Positions 29,887 through 39,245 of a stretch of 64,000 bases of DNA are shown here, piece after piece. Location of the stretch: positions 2,048,001 through 2,112,000 of the forward strand of contig OZ245842.1 in NCBI GenBank assembly GCA_965228895.1, given 5' to 3'. The DNA is from Alphaproteobacteria bacterium. GTDB lineage: Bacteria > Pseudomonadota > Alphaproteobacteria > SP197. How positions within the stretch are numbered: the stretch's first letter is position 1; every line of letters starts with the position of its first letter. The translations under genes and the position numbers were made by a program. Under the pieces are notes generated by a model. That model saw nothing but the letters and a program-made list of their open reading frames with translations, had not been told where the DNA came from and did not search any database.

Positions 29887-30474
29887 ATGCCAGCGAACAC
29901 ACCTCGCCCCAAACCGATCAGGCTGGTGACCGACCGGTTCTTGCTGCGAACGTTACGGCCGCAAGACGTCACGCCGTCGCTTTTGGCGTGGATTGCCGAT
30001 CCTGAAGTCATGGAGCCGATCAACCAGCGGCCCATTCAGATCTCCCGCGAGCGGATGGCAGGCATCATCGCTTCATGCGACGGCGTCGAAGATACCTACA
30101 TCGGCATCTTCGAGCGCAAGTCCAGCACGTATATCGGCAACTACATGCTCCACTTCGATCGAAAGGAGCTGACGGTGACCTTCGACGTTCTTATTGGCGA
30201 TAAGTCCTTCTGGGGCCAAAAGGTTGTCCTTGAGACCCGTCCGGTGCTGTTGGACCATGTTTTCAAGTACGGCTTTGAGAAGGCAGTTGGCCGCCCGCCG
30301 GCGCGAAACTTCGCGTCGGTTTTCAACTACAAGACGGAAGGTTGGCGATTGGAGGGCATCCTGAAAGGTCAGCTGAAGCACCGCTATGGCGAGGGTCGGC
30401 TGGATCAGTATGAGTTTGGACTTTTGAAAGACGAGTGGCTCGCAATGCGTAAGGAGAGGCGTGATGACGATTAA
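29887..30474 (+). CDS. RimJ/RimL-type GNAT N-acyltransferase (copy 1)
   Basis: LVTDRFLLRTL, IGDKSFWG and N.ASVFNYKTEGWRLEG motifs; GGAG RBS. Confidence 0.88.
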   Translation: MPANTPRPKPIRLVTDRFLLRTLRPQDVTPSLLAWIADPEVMEPINQRPIQISRERMAGIIASCDGVEDTYIGIFERKSSTYIGNYMLHFDRKELTVTFDVLIGDKSFWGQKVVLETRPVLLDHVFKYGFEKAVGRPPARNFASVFNYKTEGWRLEGILKGQLKHRYGEGRLDQYEFGLLKDEWLAMRKERRDDD

Positions 30475-30703
30475 CCTTGATTGTGCTCGAGAAATCCTTG
30501 CGGCCGCGCTCGAGATAACGACCGATCGTGTCCCGGGTTCCGCACGGCTGGGCGACCCCGAGGCTTGGGACAGCTTGGCCCATTTGCGGTTGATCCTGGC
30601 GATCGAGGAAAAACTGGGGCGCGAACTCGGCGCCGAACAGATCATCGAGATCGAGTGCCTCGAGGATGTCGCGGGATTGCTGGACGGTCATGCCACCGAC
30701 TGA
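30464..30703 (+). CDS. Acyl carrier protein
   Basis: About 79 aa, acidic, with WDSLAHL phosphopantetheine Ser; AAGGAGAGG RBS. Confidence 0.9.
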   Translation: MTINLDCAREILAAALEITTDRVPGSARLGDPEAWDSLAHLRLILAIEEKLGRELGAEQIIEIECLEDVAGLLDGHATD

Positions 30704-31337
30704 CAAGAAACCGGTCCCGGTCAGACTTACCACCGAACGCTTTCTTTTGCGTTCACTGGAACCGGGTGATGCGACGGAGCGGTTCGCCGCCTGGCTGGCC
30801 GACCCGGAGGTGATGAAGCCGCTCAACAAGCCGTCAAGCCAACTGACCGTCCAGCAGCTGCAGGGAATCATCCTGGCCTGCGACGGAATCAATACCTTTC
30901 AGATCGGCATTTTCGAGCGTCGGTCAAAAACGCATATCGGCAACTTCTACGTCTACCTTGATAACGTGCATCAATTGGCGACCTTTGACGTGTTGATCGG
31001 TGACACCGGCTTTTGGGGTAGCAAGGTGGTCAACGAGTGTCGCGCTGCCTTGCTCGATCATTTCTTCCGCGTGCGCGGTGTCGAAAAGGTCATCGGTCGA
31101 CCGCTCGCGCGAAACTTTTCCTCTGTTTTCAACTACAAGACCCAGGGCTGGCATCTGGAAGGTATTCTGAAAAGCCACTGGAAATCGTTCTATGGTGAAG
31201 GCCGGCTCGACCAGTACAAATTCAGCATGCTGAAGGATGATTGGCGGTCCCGACAAAAGGCCAACCAGCCCACACCCAAACAACCCAAACAGAAAAAGGG
31301 CGGTCGCAAAAAGACTGTGGTCGGCTCAAGTCGTTGA
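30690..31337 (+). CDS. RimJ/RimL-type GNAT N-acyltransferase (copy 2)
   Basis: Clear paralog of 29887-30474 (RNFSSVFNYKTQGWHLEGILK, YGEGRLDQY). Confidence 0.88.
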   Translation: MPPTDKKPVPVRLTTERFLLRSLEPGDATERFAAWLADPEVMKPLNKPSSQLTVQQLQGIILACDGINTFQIGIFERRSKTHIGNFYVYLDNVHQLATFDVLIGDTGFWGSKVVNECRAALLDHFFRVRGVEKVIGRPLARNFSSVFNYKTQGWHLEGILKSHWKSFYGEGRLDQYKFSMLKDDWRSRQKANQPTPKQPKQKKGGRKKTVVGSSR

Positions 31338-31596
31338 GCAGGCATTCCACCCGACCTCTGATGCGCTACCCGTCTATCATCAACCGCAGATCTACGTCGC
31401 ATGTCTCAGAATGCCCACAGTTGTGTCCCACAACCGCACGGTGCCGGCCTGGCGGCCGGATCGGACCTACCGTGTCAAACGGAAGCTACACCGATGATCT
31501 GGAAGGGCCGTCGATTGGGTGCGTGGGCAGGTTTGTGGGTTCTGTTATGATGAGAGGTGCGGGGCATCCGTGTAGGATCAGAGTTAAGGAGAGCGT

Positions 31597-33501
31597 GTGA
31601 CGAGGTATCGACACAGGCCTTCGGCGAATAAGTTAGGCAGCACGCCATCACAACGCCGGTTGTTCGGGCGCCGTACGTTTGTGCTTGTGCTGCTGTCCGG
31701 TCTGATCGCCGCTGCAACGGTTGGCTCCTTTGTCACGAGTAGTGTCCGCGCTGTGGAGCCGTACTTCTGTATCGAGTTGGTGCTGTCACGAAACTGGCCG
31801 GCTGCGCAGTTCTACTGCGATGCCGCATCGATGCCCGACGACATCGGCATCGTACTGGCTGAGGGCATCGCTTACTACTTTGGTGCGCAAAACGCCGGCG
31901 ATGTGGCCCATGCCGGACGACTGTGGCGAAGCCTGCCACCATTGGCGAATGTAGGCGAGTGGCGCAATGTCGCCGGCGTCTATGACGCGGAAATCGACAT
32001 CATCAAGAGTGAAGCCGCGGGTCTTGACCGTCTGGCCCAGTACAAACTGGGCGTGTTGCATGAGACCGGCCATCTGACGACAGCCGATCCGCCGGTTGCG
32101 GTGTTCCGCTACCAGCAAGCCGCCAACGCCGGATTGCCCGAAGCGCACATTGCGCTCGCCAGACTCTTTCAGCATGGCATCGGTATCGAGGCGGATCCGG
32201 TCGCCGCGCAGCAGCATCTTTTGGCAGCGATCGAAGCGCGACCGGCACTGCGCCTTCCGGCACGACCTGCCCCGACCGAGGCGGTTGCCGAAGCGACCGC
32301 TGTCGAAGTACCTGCCGATGGCGATTTGCTTTCAGGCGAAGAAGGCGAGGGTGAAGGCGAGGGTGGTATTCTGGCCGCCATCACCGGCGAAACGACCGGC
32401 ACGCAGATCGTCGTTGAGACCGGCACCGTCCAAACCGCGGCGATCGATCCGAGCATGTCAGCGGCAGAGTTGGAAGCTCTCGAGACGTCCGTGGTGCAAG
32501 GGCAGCTACGCCGCAGAACTATCGTCGGCGCGTCATCTGATGACAGTGTGTCTGGCGGTGCCGGCGGTGGAACTGAAGTTGAATCAACGGCCGAAGCAAC
32601 TGTCGCCGCCGTGTCGTCCGGCGACGACGCAACATCGGTTACCGATAGCACTAGCGAAGCCGAGCTTGGCGCCGGGATTTTGGCAGGCCTTCTCGGTAAC
32701 GATGACGTTGTTGCTGAAGGCGCATCAGAATCCGACGGGCAGCCCATCGTTCAGCTTTGGGAAACCGATACCGGCGTTGCGATCGTGCCACCCGAAGCGC
32801 CTTCTGCAGCCACCGAACTCGTGGAACCGTCCGAGCAATCCGAGACTGCGCTTGCGGCCGATGAGACAAGGGAGGCGGGATCGCGGTGGGTGCCTCCCGC
32901 GGAGGTCGCCGCGCTTTACTACCCCAAAGAGCCGCTTGAAGAGACGACCGCAGACTTGGCGCCCGTGCCAAACCAGGAGTCCACGGGAACGGGTCAGGCC
33001 GTCGACGGCGGCGATTCCGTCAGCGTTTCGGCCGGACGTCTCGATACCCGGCAGGCCAATGACCAGCCGGACTTTTCCTGCGCCGAGACGACGACGGGTG
33101 CAACGATGGCCATGCCGGTGATTCGCGAAGAGGGCGACCTCAGCGATGAAGCGACCGATGACGAACAACGTCTTGTTGAGCCGCTCAGCCCTGACCAGTT
33201 ATCAATGCTCGAAGAGGGGTTTCGCGAAAAGGCCGCCGGTAATTTTGATGGCGCGCTCGCTGCCTGGAAGCCGCTCGCCATGGAAGGGTTGCCGACGGCG
33301 CAATACCTTGTGGGCTTGCTCTATCTCACCGGCGATGCGCTGCCGCGCAATCTGCGAGCGGCCTACGCATGGTTCAGTCTGGCGGGCGATCGCGGTCATC
33401 AACTGGCGAACTGCGAACGCCTTCGCTTGGCCGAACGTCTGTCGCCAGACGATATCGCCCTGGCCAATGACCTTGCCAGTACGCTCGCGCCGATCCCTTA
33501 G
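31597..33501 (+). CDS. Sel1-like repeat protein with N-terminal TM anchor and long acidic linker
   Basis: AQYKLGVLHETG, AHIALARLFQHG and AQYLVGLLYLTG..AYAWFSLA repeats. Confidence 0.82.
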   Translation: MTRYRHRPSANKLGSTPSQRRLFGRRTFVLVLLSGLIAAATVGSFVTSSVRAVEPYFCIELVLSRNWPAAQFYCDAASMPDDIGIVLAEGIAYYFGAQNAGDVAHAGRLWRSLPPLANVGEWRNVAGVYDAEIDIIKSEAAGLDRLAQYKLGVLHETGHLTTADPPVAVFRYQQAANAGLPEAHIALARLFQHGIGIEADPVAAQQHLLAAIEARPALRLPARPAPTEAVAEATAVEVPADGDLLSGEEGEGEGEGGILAAITGETTGTQIVVETGTVQTAAIDPSMSAAELEALETSVVQGQLRRRTIVGASSDDSVSGGAGGGTEVESTAEATVAAVSSGDDATSVTDSTSEAELGAGILAGLLGNDDVVAEGASESDGQPIVQLWETDTGVAIVPPEAPSAATELVEPSEQSETALAADETREAGSRWVPPAEVAALYYPKEPLEETTADLAPVPNQESTGTGQAVDGGDSVSVSAGRLDTRQANDQPDFSCAETTTGATMAMPVIREEGDLSDEATDDEQRLVEPLSPDQLSMLEEGFREKAAGNFDGALAAWKPLAMEGLPTAQYLVGLLYLTGDALPRNLRAAYAWFSLAGDRGHQLANCERLRLAERLSPDDIALANDLASTLAPIP

Positions 33502-33655
33502 GCTCAACACTCACTCGCCGTTGGCTGGTGGCGTCTTCAGCAGCAACACAGGAGTTTTGCGAACGCGCGTGATCGTCCCTTAGGGGGGTGCTTTTATCCG
33601 GTAGTCCGTGGTTGATACGCTGGCTCAGCCCACGACGCGGAATGACCAAATCCGC

Positions 33656-34240
33656 TTAGGGGGAGACGTTCTCGTCCCCTTCGGTCCAGGCCCAGGTGGT
33701 GTTGCTGGGCACCGAAGCGGGTGCCGCCTCGGCCTGTGCCGTCGTCACTTCGACGTCCGAGCACATCATCATTTCGACGGGGAAGCTGTTGCCGGGCAGA
33801 CAGACAGGTTGGACGCTGCAGACCTTTTCCGTCCGCGATGACATCGCGATGTTTGTCTGCATGCCGGTGACCACCGACTGTTCACCGTCGGACGACGCGT
33901 CGGCGACCAATTCTGTTTCCGAAGCAACGTCGTTCGTTTTGGCTTCCTCGGCTGTCGCGACGGGCACGCTTGTGTTCCCGGCGCGCGTCTCAACTTCAAC
34001 GTCCTTCGAGGCACCGCCGGGCTGCTCGCCATCGATCATGGCCAAGCAGCTTTGCGACACCGAATCATCGAGGCCGCTCAGGGCTTCCATGACGTTGGGC
34101 GCTTGGCTCGCCGCGGCTTGCCCGGGGTCGACCAGGGCGTCCAAAACCATGCCGGCGGCGGTTATGCCCAGCGTCGCGGGCTCGCAGGCCGCCGTTGTCA
34201 GCAACACGGTCGTTGCTGCGGGGATCATCAGGGAGCGCAT
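33656..34240 (-). CDS. Hypothetical lipoprotein with Cys-rich C-terminal motif
   Basis: Lipobox TAAC; CSVQPVCLPG..MMMC. Confidence 0.65.
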   Translation of the reverse strand: MRSLMIPAATTVLLTTAACEPATLGITAAGMVLDALVDPGQAAASQAPNVMEALSGLDDSVSQSCLAMIDGEQPGGASKDVEVETRAGNTSVPVATAEEAKTNDVASETELVADASSDGEQSVVTGMQTNIAMSSRTEKVCSVQPVCLPGNSFPVEMMMCSDVEVTTAQAEAAPASVPSNTTWAWTEGDENVSP

Positions 34241-34491
34241 GGCCAGGACTATACGCTAGTGCCGCTACCAAGTCTGATGGGTATAGGTCTTAGCCCCTTT
34301 GCCTTGATGATAAGCCAAGAGGTCTATCTTTCGGGCAGAAGACGCTCTTAAGAGGTAGAGATCCCATTTGTAGTAGACCTCCCGATACTTGGTTTACGAC
34401 CCATGCCCACAATCGTTTTTTGCCTGTCCTTGGTAGATTACTTCGCGCCCCAGGTATGAGCCGGTGGCGATTGGGATAGACAGCATAGTGG

Positions 34492-36555
34492 GTGACGGCG
34501 ATGGCAAACATCAACCTTAAGGAAATGTATGCCATCGCGGCGCAGCACTATTTGGCCGGTCATCATGAAAAGGCCGCAGCCACCTACCGCCGAATCCTTA
34601 AGATTGAGCCCGGTCGCACCGACGCCGTTCATTTGCTCGGCAAGATCGAGTACTCGCGACGCCAGTTTGAGACGGCCCTGGGGCTGTTCGAGCAATGCCT
34701 CGACATGGTGTCGGATGACGATCTGAAATTGTTGACGGCGTCGCACCGCATGCGCGGCGAGACGCTGAGATCGCTGGGGCGCCATGCGGATGCTGTCGAA
34801 GCCTGCCGTAGGGCGCTCGAACTTCAGCCTGACAGCACGCCCGCCCTTATCAGCATGGGCGCGGCACTGCGCGGCCTTGGCCGTTTGGACGACGCGTTGG
34901 CGTGCCTGGACTGTGTGATCGAGCTTGAACCGGAAATGGATGTTGCCCACAACAATCGCGGTAATGTGTTGCGCGAGATGGGTCGCTCGGCCGAAGCGAT
35001 CGCGTCCTATCGGCACGCGCTTGCCATCAATCCGCGGATGATCGACGCGCACAACAACCTCGCCAATGAATTGCGCAATCTCGGTGAGCTTGAGCAGGCG
35101 ATTGCCTCGTATGAGCAAGCGTTGAGCATGCGCCCGGATGACCCTGTCTTCCTGGTGAATCTGTTTAATGTCCTGAGCTATGCCTGCGCGTGGGAACGGC
35201 GCGCCTGGGTTGCCAATCGTCTCGCCAAGGTAACCGACGACCAAGTTCAGCGGGGCGTCTTGGTAACGGAGACTCCATTTGTCTGCAGCCTGCGCAGCGA
35301 TGACCCCGCCTTGATGCACGACATTGGAACGGCCGCGCTGGTCGCTGCCTCCCGCAAGGCGCCGACGCAGCGTAGTGATTGGCACAAGTCCGTCGCAGCG
35401 CCGGCGTCATCGGACCGGCTGCGTGTCGGGTACTTTATCGACGGCTTGGACAACCAGCCGGCGCGTCGCAAGCTGCAGACGCTGGCCCAAAGCCACGACC
35501 GTGATCGGTTTTCCGTCTTCGCTTACTGCTGCGGCAACGAGCTTAACCGTCAAAATCAGATCGAACGTGTCTGCGATGGCTATACAAACCTTCGGCACCT
35601 GGACGATGTTGAGGCAGCCAAGCGCATTGCCGCCGATGGCCTTGATGTCTTGGTCGACCTGTCGGGTCATCAACCGGGAAGTCGCCTGGGTGTCGTGGCG
35701 CAGCGCCCGGCACCGGTCCAGATGACCTGGCCAAATCTGGTCGTCACCACGGGGCCGTCGTGTGCAGATTTCTTGGTCACCGACAACGTGACGGTGCCGC
35801 CGGCTGATGCCCATCACTTTGGCGAATCTCTGCTTTATCTCCCGGCCGGCCATCAGGCCTTGGGACATGAGTCGCTGCCAATTCCGGCGCACCCCGATCG
35901 TCCGTCGCTCGGATTGCCGAGTGATGGCATTGTCTTTGCCTGTTTCGGTCGCGCGCTGCGCTTTGACCCCACTGCTTTTGACTGCTGGATGAAAATTCTA
36001 GCCGCTGTACCCGACAGTGTCCTCTGGCTGGGTCGGATGAACCGTCTGACGGTGACAAACCTGCGCGCGGTCGCCAAAGCATCTGGCATCGACCCAAACA
36101 GACTGATCATTGCCGGGCGATCGCGGGCCAAGACATCACATTTGAGCCGCCTGGCTTGCGTCGACGTGTGGCTCGACACCCACAACCAGAGCAGCGATAT
36201 GGCGTTGATGGACGCTCTTTGGGCTGGCGTTCCTGCTGTTACGCTCGCTGGCAAGACGGCGCCGGCGCGCGCTGGCGCTAGCCTCTTGAAGGCCGCTGGA
36301 CAGGACGGCTTGGTGGTCGATGGGCCGCGTGCCTATATGGCGCTTGCGATCGAATTGGCGAACCAGCCCGAGAGGCGGGACGCTATCGCCGCGCAACTGG
36401 TGACGGGACGCGATGCCGGCGCCCTGTTCGACAAAGCCGTCGTGATCAGCCGGTTCGAGCAGATGCTGGAACGTGTCGCTGGACGCGAGCCCGAACTCAC
36501 CATGCTTGAGTCCAAACTGCCCAGTCACGCGGGAGTTTCTGGCGCCGCTTTGTGA
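34492..36555 (+). CDS. TPR + GT41 (O-GlcNAc transferase/SPINDLY-like) protein, divergent
   Basis: Multiple TPRs (AHNNRGNVL, AHNNLANEL); RLRVGY, DVLVDLSGH, RPAPVQ, VPDSVLWL and DALWAGVP motifs. Confidence 0.88.
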   Translation: MTAMANINLKEMYAIAAQHYLAGHHEKAAATYRRILKIEPGRTDAVHLLGKIEYSRRQFETALGLFEQCLDMVSDDDLKLLTASHRMRGETLRSLGRHADAVEACRRALELQPDSTPALISMGAALRGLGRLDDALACLDCVIELEPEMDVAHNNRGNVLREMGRSAEAIASYRHALAINPRMIDAHNNLANELRNLGELEQAIASYEQALSMRPDDPVFLVNLFNVLSYACAWERRAWVANRLAKVTDDQVQRGVLVTETPFVCSLRSDDPALMHDIGTAALVAASRKAPTQRSDWHKSVAAPASSDRLRVGYFIDGLDNQPARRKLQTLAQSHDRDRFSVFAYCCGNELNRQNQIERVCDGYTNLRHLDDVEAAKRIAADGLDVLVDLSGHQPGSRLGVVAQRPAPVQMTWPNLVVTTGPSCADFLVTDNVTVPPADAHHFGESLLYLPAGHQALGHESLPIPAHPDRPSLGLPSDGIVFACFGRALRFDPTAFDCWMKILAAVPDSVLWLGRMNRLTVTNLRAVAKASGIDPNRLIIAGRSRAKTSHLSRLACVDVWLDTHNQSSDMALMDALWAGVPAVTLAGKTAPARAGASLLKAAGQDGLVVDGPRAYMALAIELANQPERRDAIAAQLVTGRDAGALFDKAVVISRFEQMLERVAGREPELTMLESKLPSHAGVSGAAL

Positions 36556-37001
36556 GTCCGCGCGTTCCTGGCATGAGAATCTCGCGATGCTGGGGGGCGG
36601 TCGCACACGGTGGCCAAAGGATCATGTTTCACCGCTACCGCAATTCCGCGCTGTCAATCGTCTACTACCCATCATTACCAAAAGGTAGCGCGACGCTCGG
36701 TTTCGAGAACCCCGAGCCGCAAAACGAGCCGGCTCCGGGGATGAACAATCCGAACAGGAGCGTTGCCGGGTATTTCGACATGCACAACCCGCTGTCGACA
36801 CCGCGTGCTTACTTCCCGGTCGAAGAGGATGACGTCGTGGTTTTCCCGTCAAATGCGTGGCATGGCGTGGCGCCCGGCAAACAGACCCAACCACGGATAT
36901 CAATCGTGGCGGATACCTTGATCGTGACCAATGCAATGAAGGGCGATGAATCTCTTCTGCCGCCGGTTTCGATGTGGCGGCGCTTAGGCGACAAGGCTTA
37001 G
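36552..37001 (+). pseudogene. Truncated putative 2OG-Fe(II) oxygenase (TIGR02466-like)
   Basis: W....H.Y.NS.LSIVYY, VVFPS..WHGV and PRISI motifs; N-terminal part missing and HxH appears as HxY. Confidence 0.55.
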
Positions 37002-37359
37002 CCGGACTTTTCTTCAAGGCACGCAGACACAACCGATGTACTCAAAGTGGGTAGGGGGCACCTATACCATTTCGACGGCGCTGAGATTTTGATCTGGAAT
37101 ACCTTCAATGCCCGCGCGTGTAATCCTGAATCATGCTTCGAGAAAGCGTGGCGACAGCGTCTAATTGGGCCACTTCGTAAGCGTCTTACGTCCCCACGAG
37201 CGCTTCGAAGACGATGCTTCCAGCATCTGAGAAATGGCCCTCGTCGCTTCCCCGACCCCGACCTGCACCCGCGGCGGGGGCCTCTCTCACCCCGTCAACG
37301 TCATCATCCAGTCAGGTAACTGAGCGCGACTCGACGACGTCAAGATGGACTGACCGTTG

Positions 37360-37710
37360 TCAGGGCGCGCCTAAGTCGCCCAGCATCGATTGCGACTGCA
37401 AATCCATGAGGTAAAGGCGCAACTCGTGGAGATCGCGGTCTGTCTTCTGGAATGACAGCCTCACCGGATGCGCGGTGGCGAACCACTCGCGCAGGCGAAG
37501 GTGCGACCAGTCGACGACCTGCACAACCTTGCCGAGTTCCCGCGCTTGACCTAAACCGATAGTCTCGCCGGGCATGACGTGGCAGGTGTTGCATTGGTCG
37601 TCCGCAAGTGATTTGCCGGAGCTTAGATCGGTGGCCGATAGGGTGGATGAATGGATTGTTGCCGTGGCCAAGCCCACAGAAATCAACAGGAAAGTGCGCA
37701 AGCCGGGCAT
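37360..37710 (-). CDS. Small periplasmic c-type cytochrome
   Basis: Signal peptide plus CNTCH heme-binding motif. Confidence 0.75.
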   Translation of the reverse strand: MPGLRTFLLISVGLATATIHSSTLSATDLSSGKSLADDQCNTCHVMPGETIGLGQARELGKVVQVVDWSHLRLREWFATAHPVRLSFQKTDRDLHELRLYLMDLQSQSMLGDLGAP

Positions 37711-38051
37711 GGAGTTCTACCTCTGATCCATAAAGAATGCTTTTGGTGTGATCGCCGACATGGACCCGGATGAAAGATGCGGTTATCCGTTGTGGCGGGG
37801 CGTTCTAGCGTATGTGGTCGCCAGTCTAAGGCAGTGGGTGGCGCTTGACACTAACACTTCAGTCTTATGGCAAAGTTGGTGTCTTAGACTTGCGGTACGT
37901 AAGGATTTCTTCGTAAGGATCAATGCTAAATCGGCTGGTCAGAAGTATTACTCGCGAATAATCGAAATGATTCCGTTTGCTTTCTCGATCAACTCGGCGC
38001 GAACCAACACACTCGGCACAAGCTGGTGTGAATGACAACGGAGGAGACACT

Positions 38052-38573
38052 ATGAAGCTGTTTGGATCGATTGGGGCTATCTCGATCGTGAATAGACGAA
38101 TTCAAACAATTGCTGCGACGGCGTTGCTCGCCGCCGGGATCTCGATGGCAGCAAACACTAACACCGCGGTGGCGCAGGAAATTGTGCCGGACACATGGAC
38201 CGTAGACTGCCAGGCGCCGAAGTGCGTCTTGTATTATGTGACGTCCGGTATGCGGATCTATATCGGTGAAGAGCTTGAAGGCGACCGCCTCCTGATGGAG
38301 ATGCGCCTTGGCCCGTCCCTGGAAGGGACGCCGGTGACCATGCGTATCGACACAGGCTATAGCGCCGGCTTAATCGTCACCGAATGTGCAGACGAGAACA
38401 ATTGCCGCTTGATTCTCGATATCAGCGAAAACGAACAGTTGGTCGATCAGCTGAAGCAGGGTGGATCCGGCATGACCGCCTACGTGATTGACGAAGGTGA
38501 CACGATCATCATGGTGCCGTTCACGCTGAGTGGCTTTACGGCTGGCTACAACGAAATGGCAGCGGGCGGTTAG
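38052..38573 (+). CDS. Invasion-associated locus B (IalB)-like periplasmic protein
   Basis: Signal peptide; WTVDC..C, C....C, LKQG and FTLSGFTAGY motifs; GGAGGAG RBS. Confidence 0.75.
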   Translation: MKLFGSIGAISIVNRRIQTIAATALLAAGISMAANTNTAVAQEIVPDTWTVDCQAPKCVLYYVTSGMRIYIGEELEGDRLLMEMRLGPSLEGTPVTMRIDTGYSAGLIVTECADENNCRLILDISENEQLVDQLKQGGSGMTAYVIDEGDTIIMVPFTLSGFTAGYNEMAAGG

Positions 38574-38631
38574 ACAAGCTGTCGGCGGCGCGCGCCAGCG
38601 CGCCTCCTGAACGGCTCCTTCTGCGGTAGTC

Positions 38632-39219
38632 ATGGCAGATCGACGCGTTTTCATCGTCAACGATCAAAGGAATGTCCGGGTTCTGCTCGAGACACTCCTG
38701 ACGGCTTCAGGATATGCCCCGGTCTGCTACGACGCTGGCCGGGCATTCCTGCACGACTTGCCACGCCTCAAACGGGGTTTGGTCCTCCTTGACGTACGCC
38801 TTCCCGATATCGATGGCCTGGAGGTGTTGGCCCGTATCCGCGAGGAGAACGCCAGTCTCAAGGTCATCATGATGACCGGCCATGCTGACGTCCCGGCGGC
38901 CGTGCGGGCCATGCAGGAAGGTGCCGTCGACTTCATCGAAAAACCGTTCTCTCAGGATGCCTTGCTTGCAAGCCTGGAGCGTGCGTCCAGTGCGCGGCAA
39001 AAGGCTGTTGGCGCTTCCAGAAACGTCTCGACGATGGACCGGCTGTCACCGCGCGAACGCCAGGTCCTGCAAGGTATTGTGGCGGGAAAGACCAACAAGC
39101 TGATTGCGCGCGACCTCGGCATCAGCCATCGCACTGTCGAGGCCCACCGGGCCCGTCTGATGATGAAGTCCGGCGCAGACTCCGTTGCCGACCTCGTCCG
39201 TATCGCACTCCAAGGTTAG
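38632..39219 (+). CDS. FixJ-family response regulator (orphan)
   Basis: LLDVRLP, MTGHADV, FIEKP; HTH LSPRE..NKLIA..TVEAHRA. Confidence 0.92.
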   Translation: MADRRVFIVNDQRNVRVLLETLLTASGYAPVCYDAGRAFLHDLPRLKRGLVLLDVRLPDIDGLEVLARIREENASLKVIMMTGHADVPAAVRAMQEGAVDFIEKPFSQDALLASLERASSARQKAVGASRNVSTMDRLSPRERQVLQGIVAGKTNKLIARDLGISHRTVEAHRARLMMKSGADSVADLVRIALQG

Positions 39220-39245
39220 GGCGCCAGACTTTTTCGGGGACTGCT

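Noticed and set aside
3551-39219. Intact genomic island, prophage or ICE at tRNA-Ser
   Set aside because: No integrase, transposase, phage genes or att direct repeat seen.
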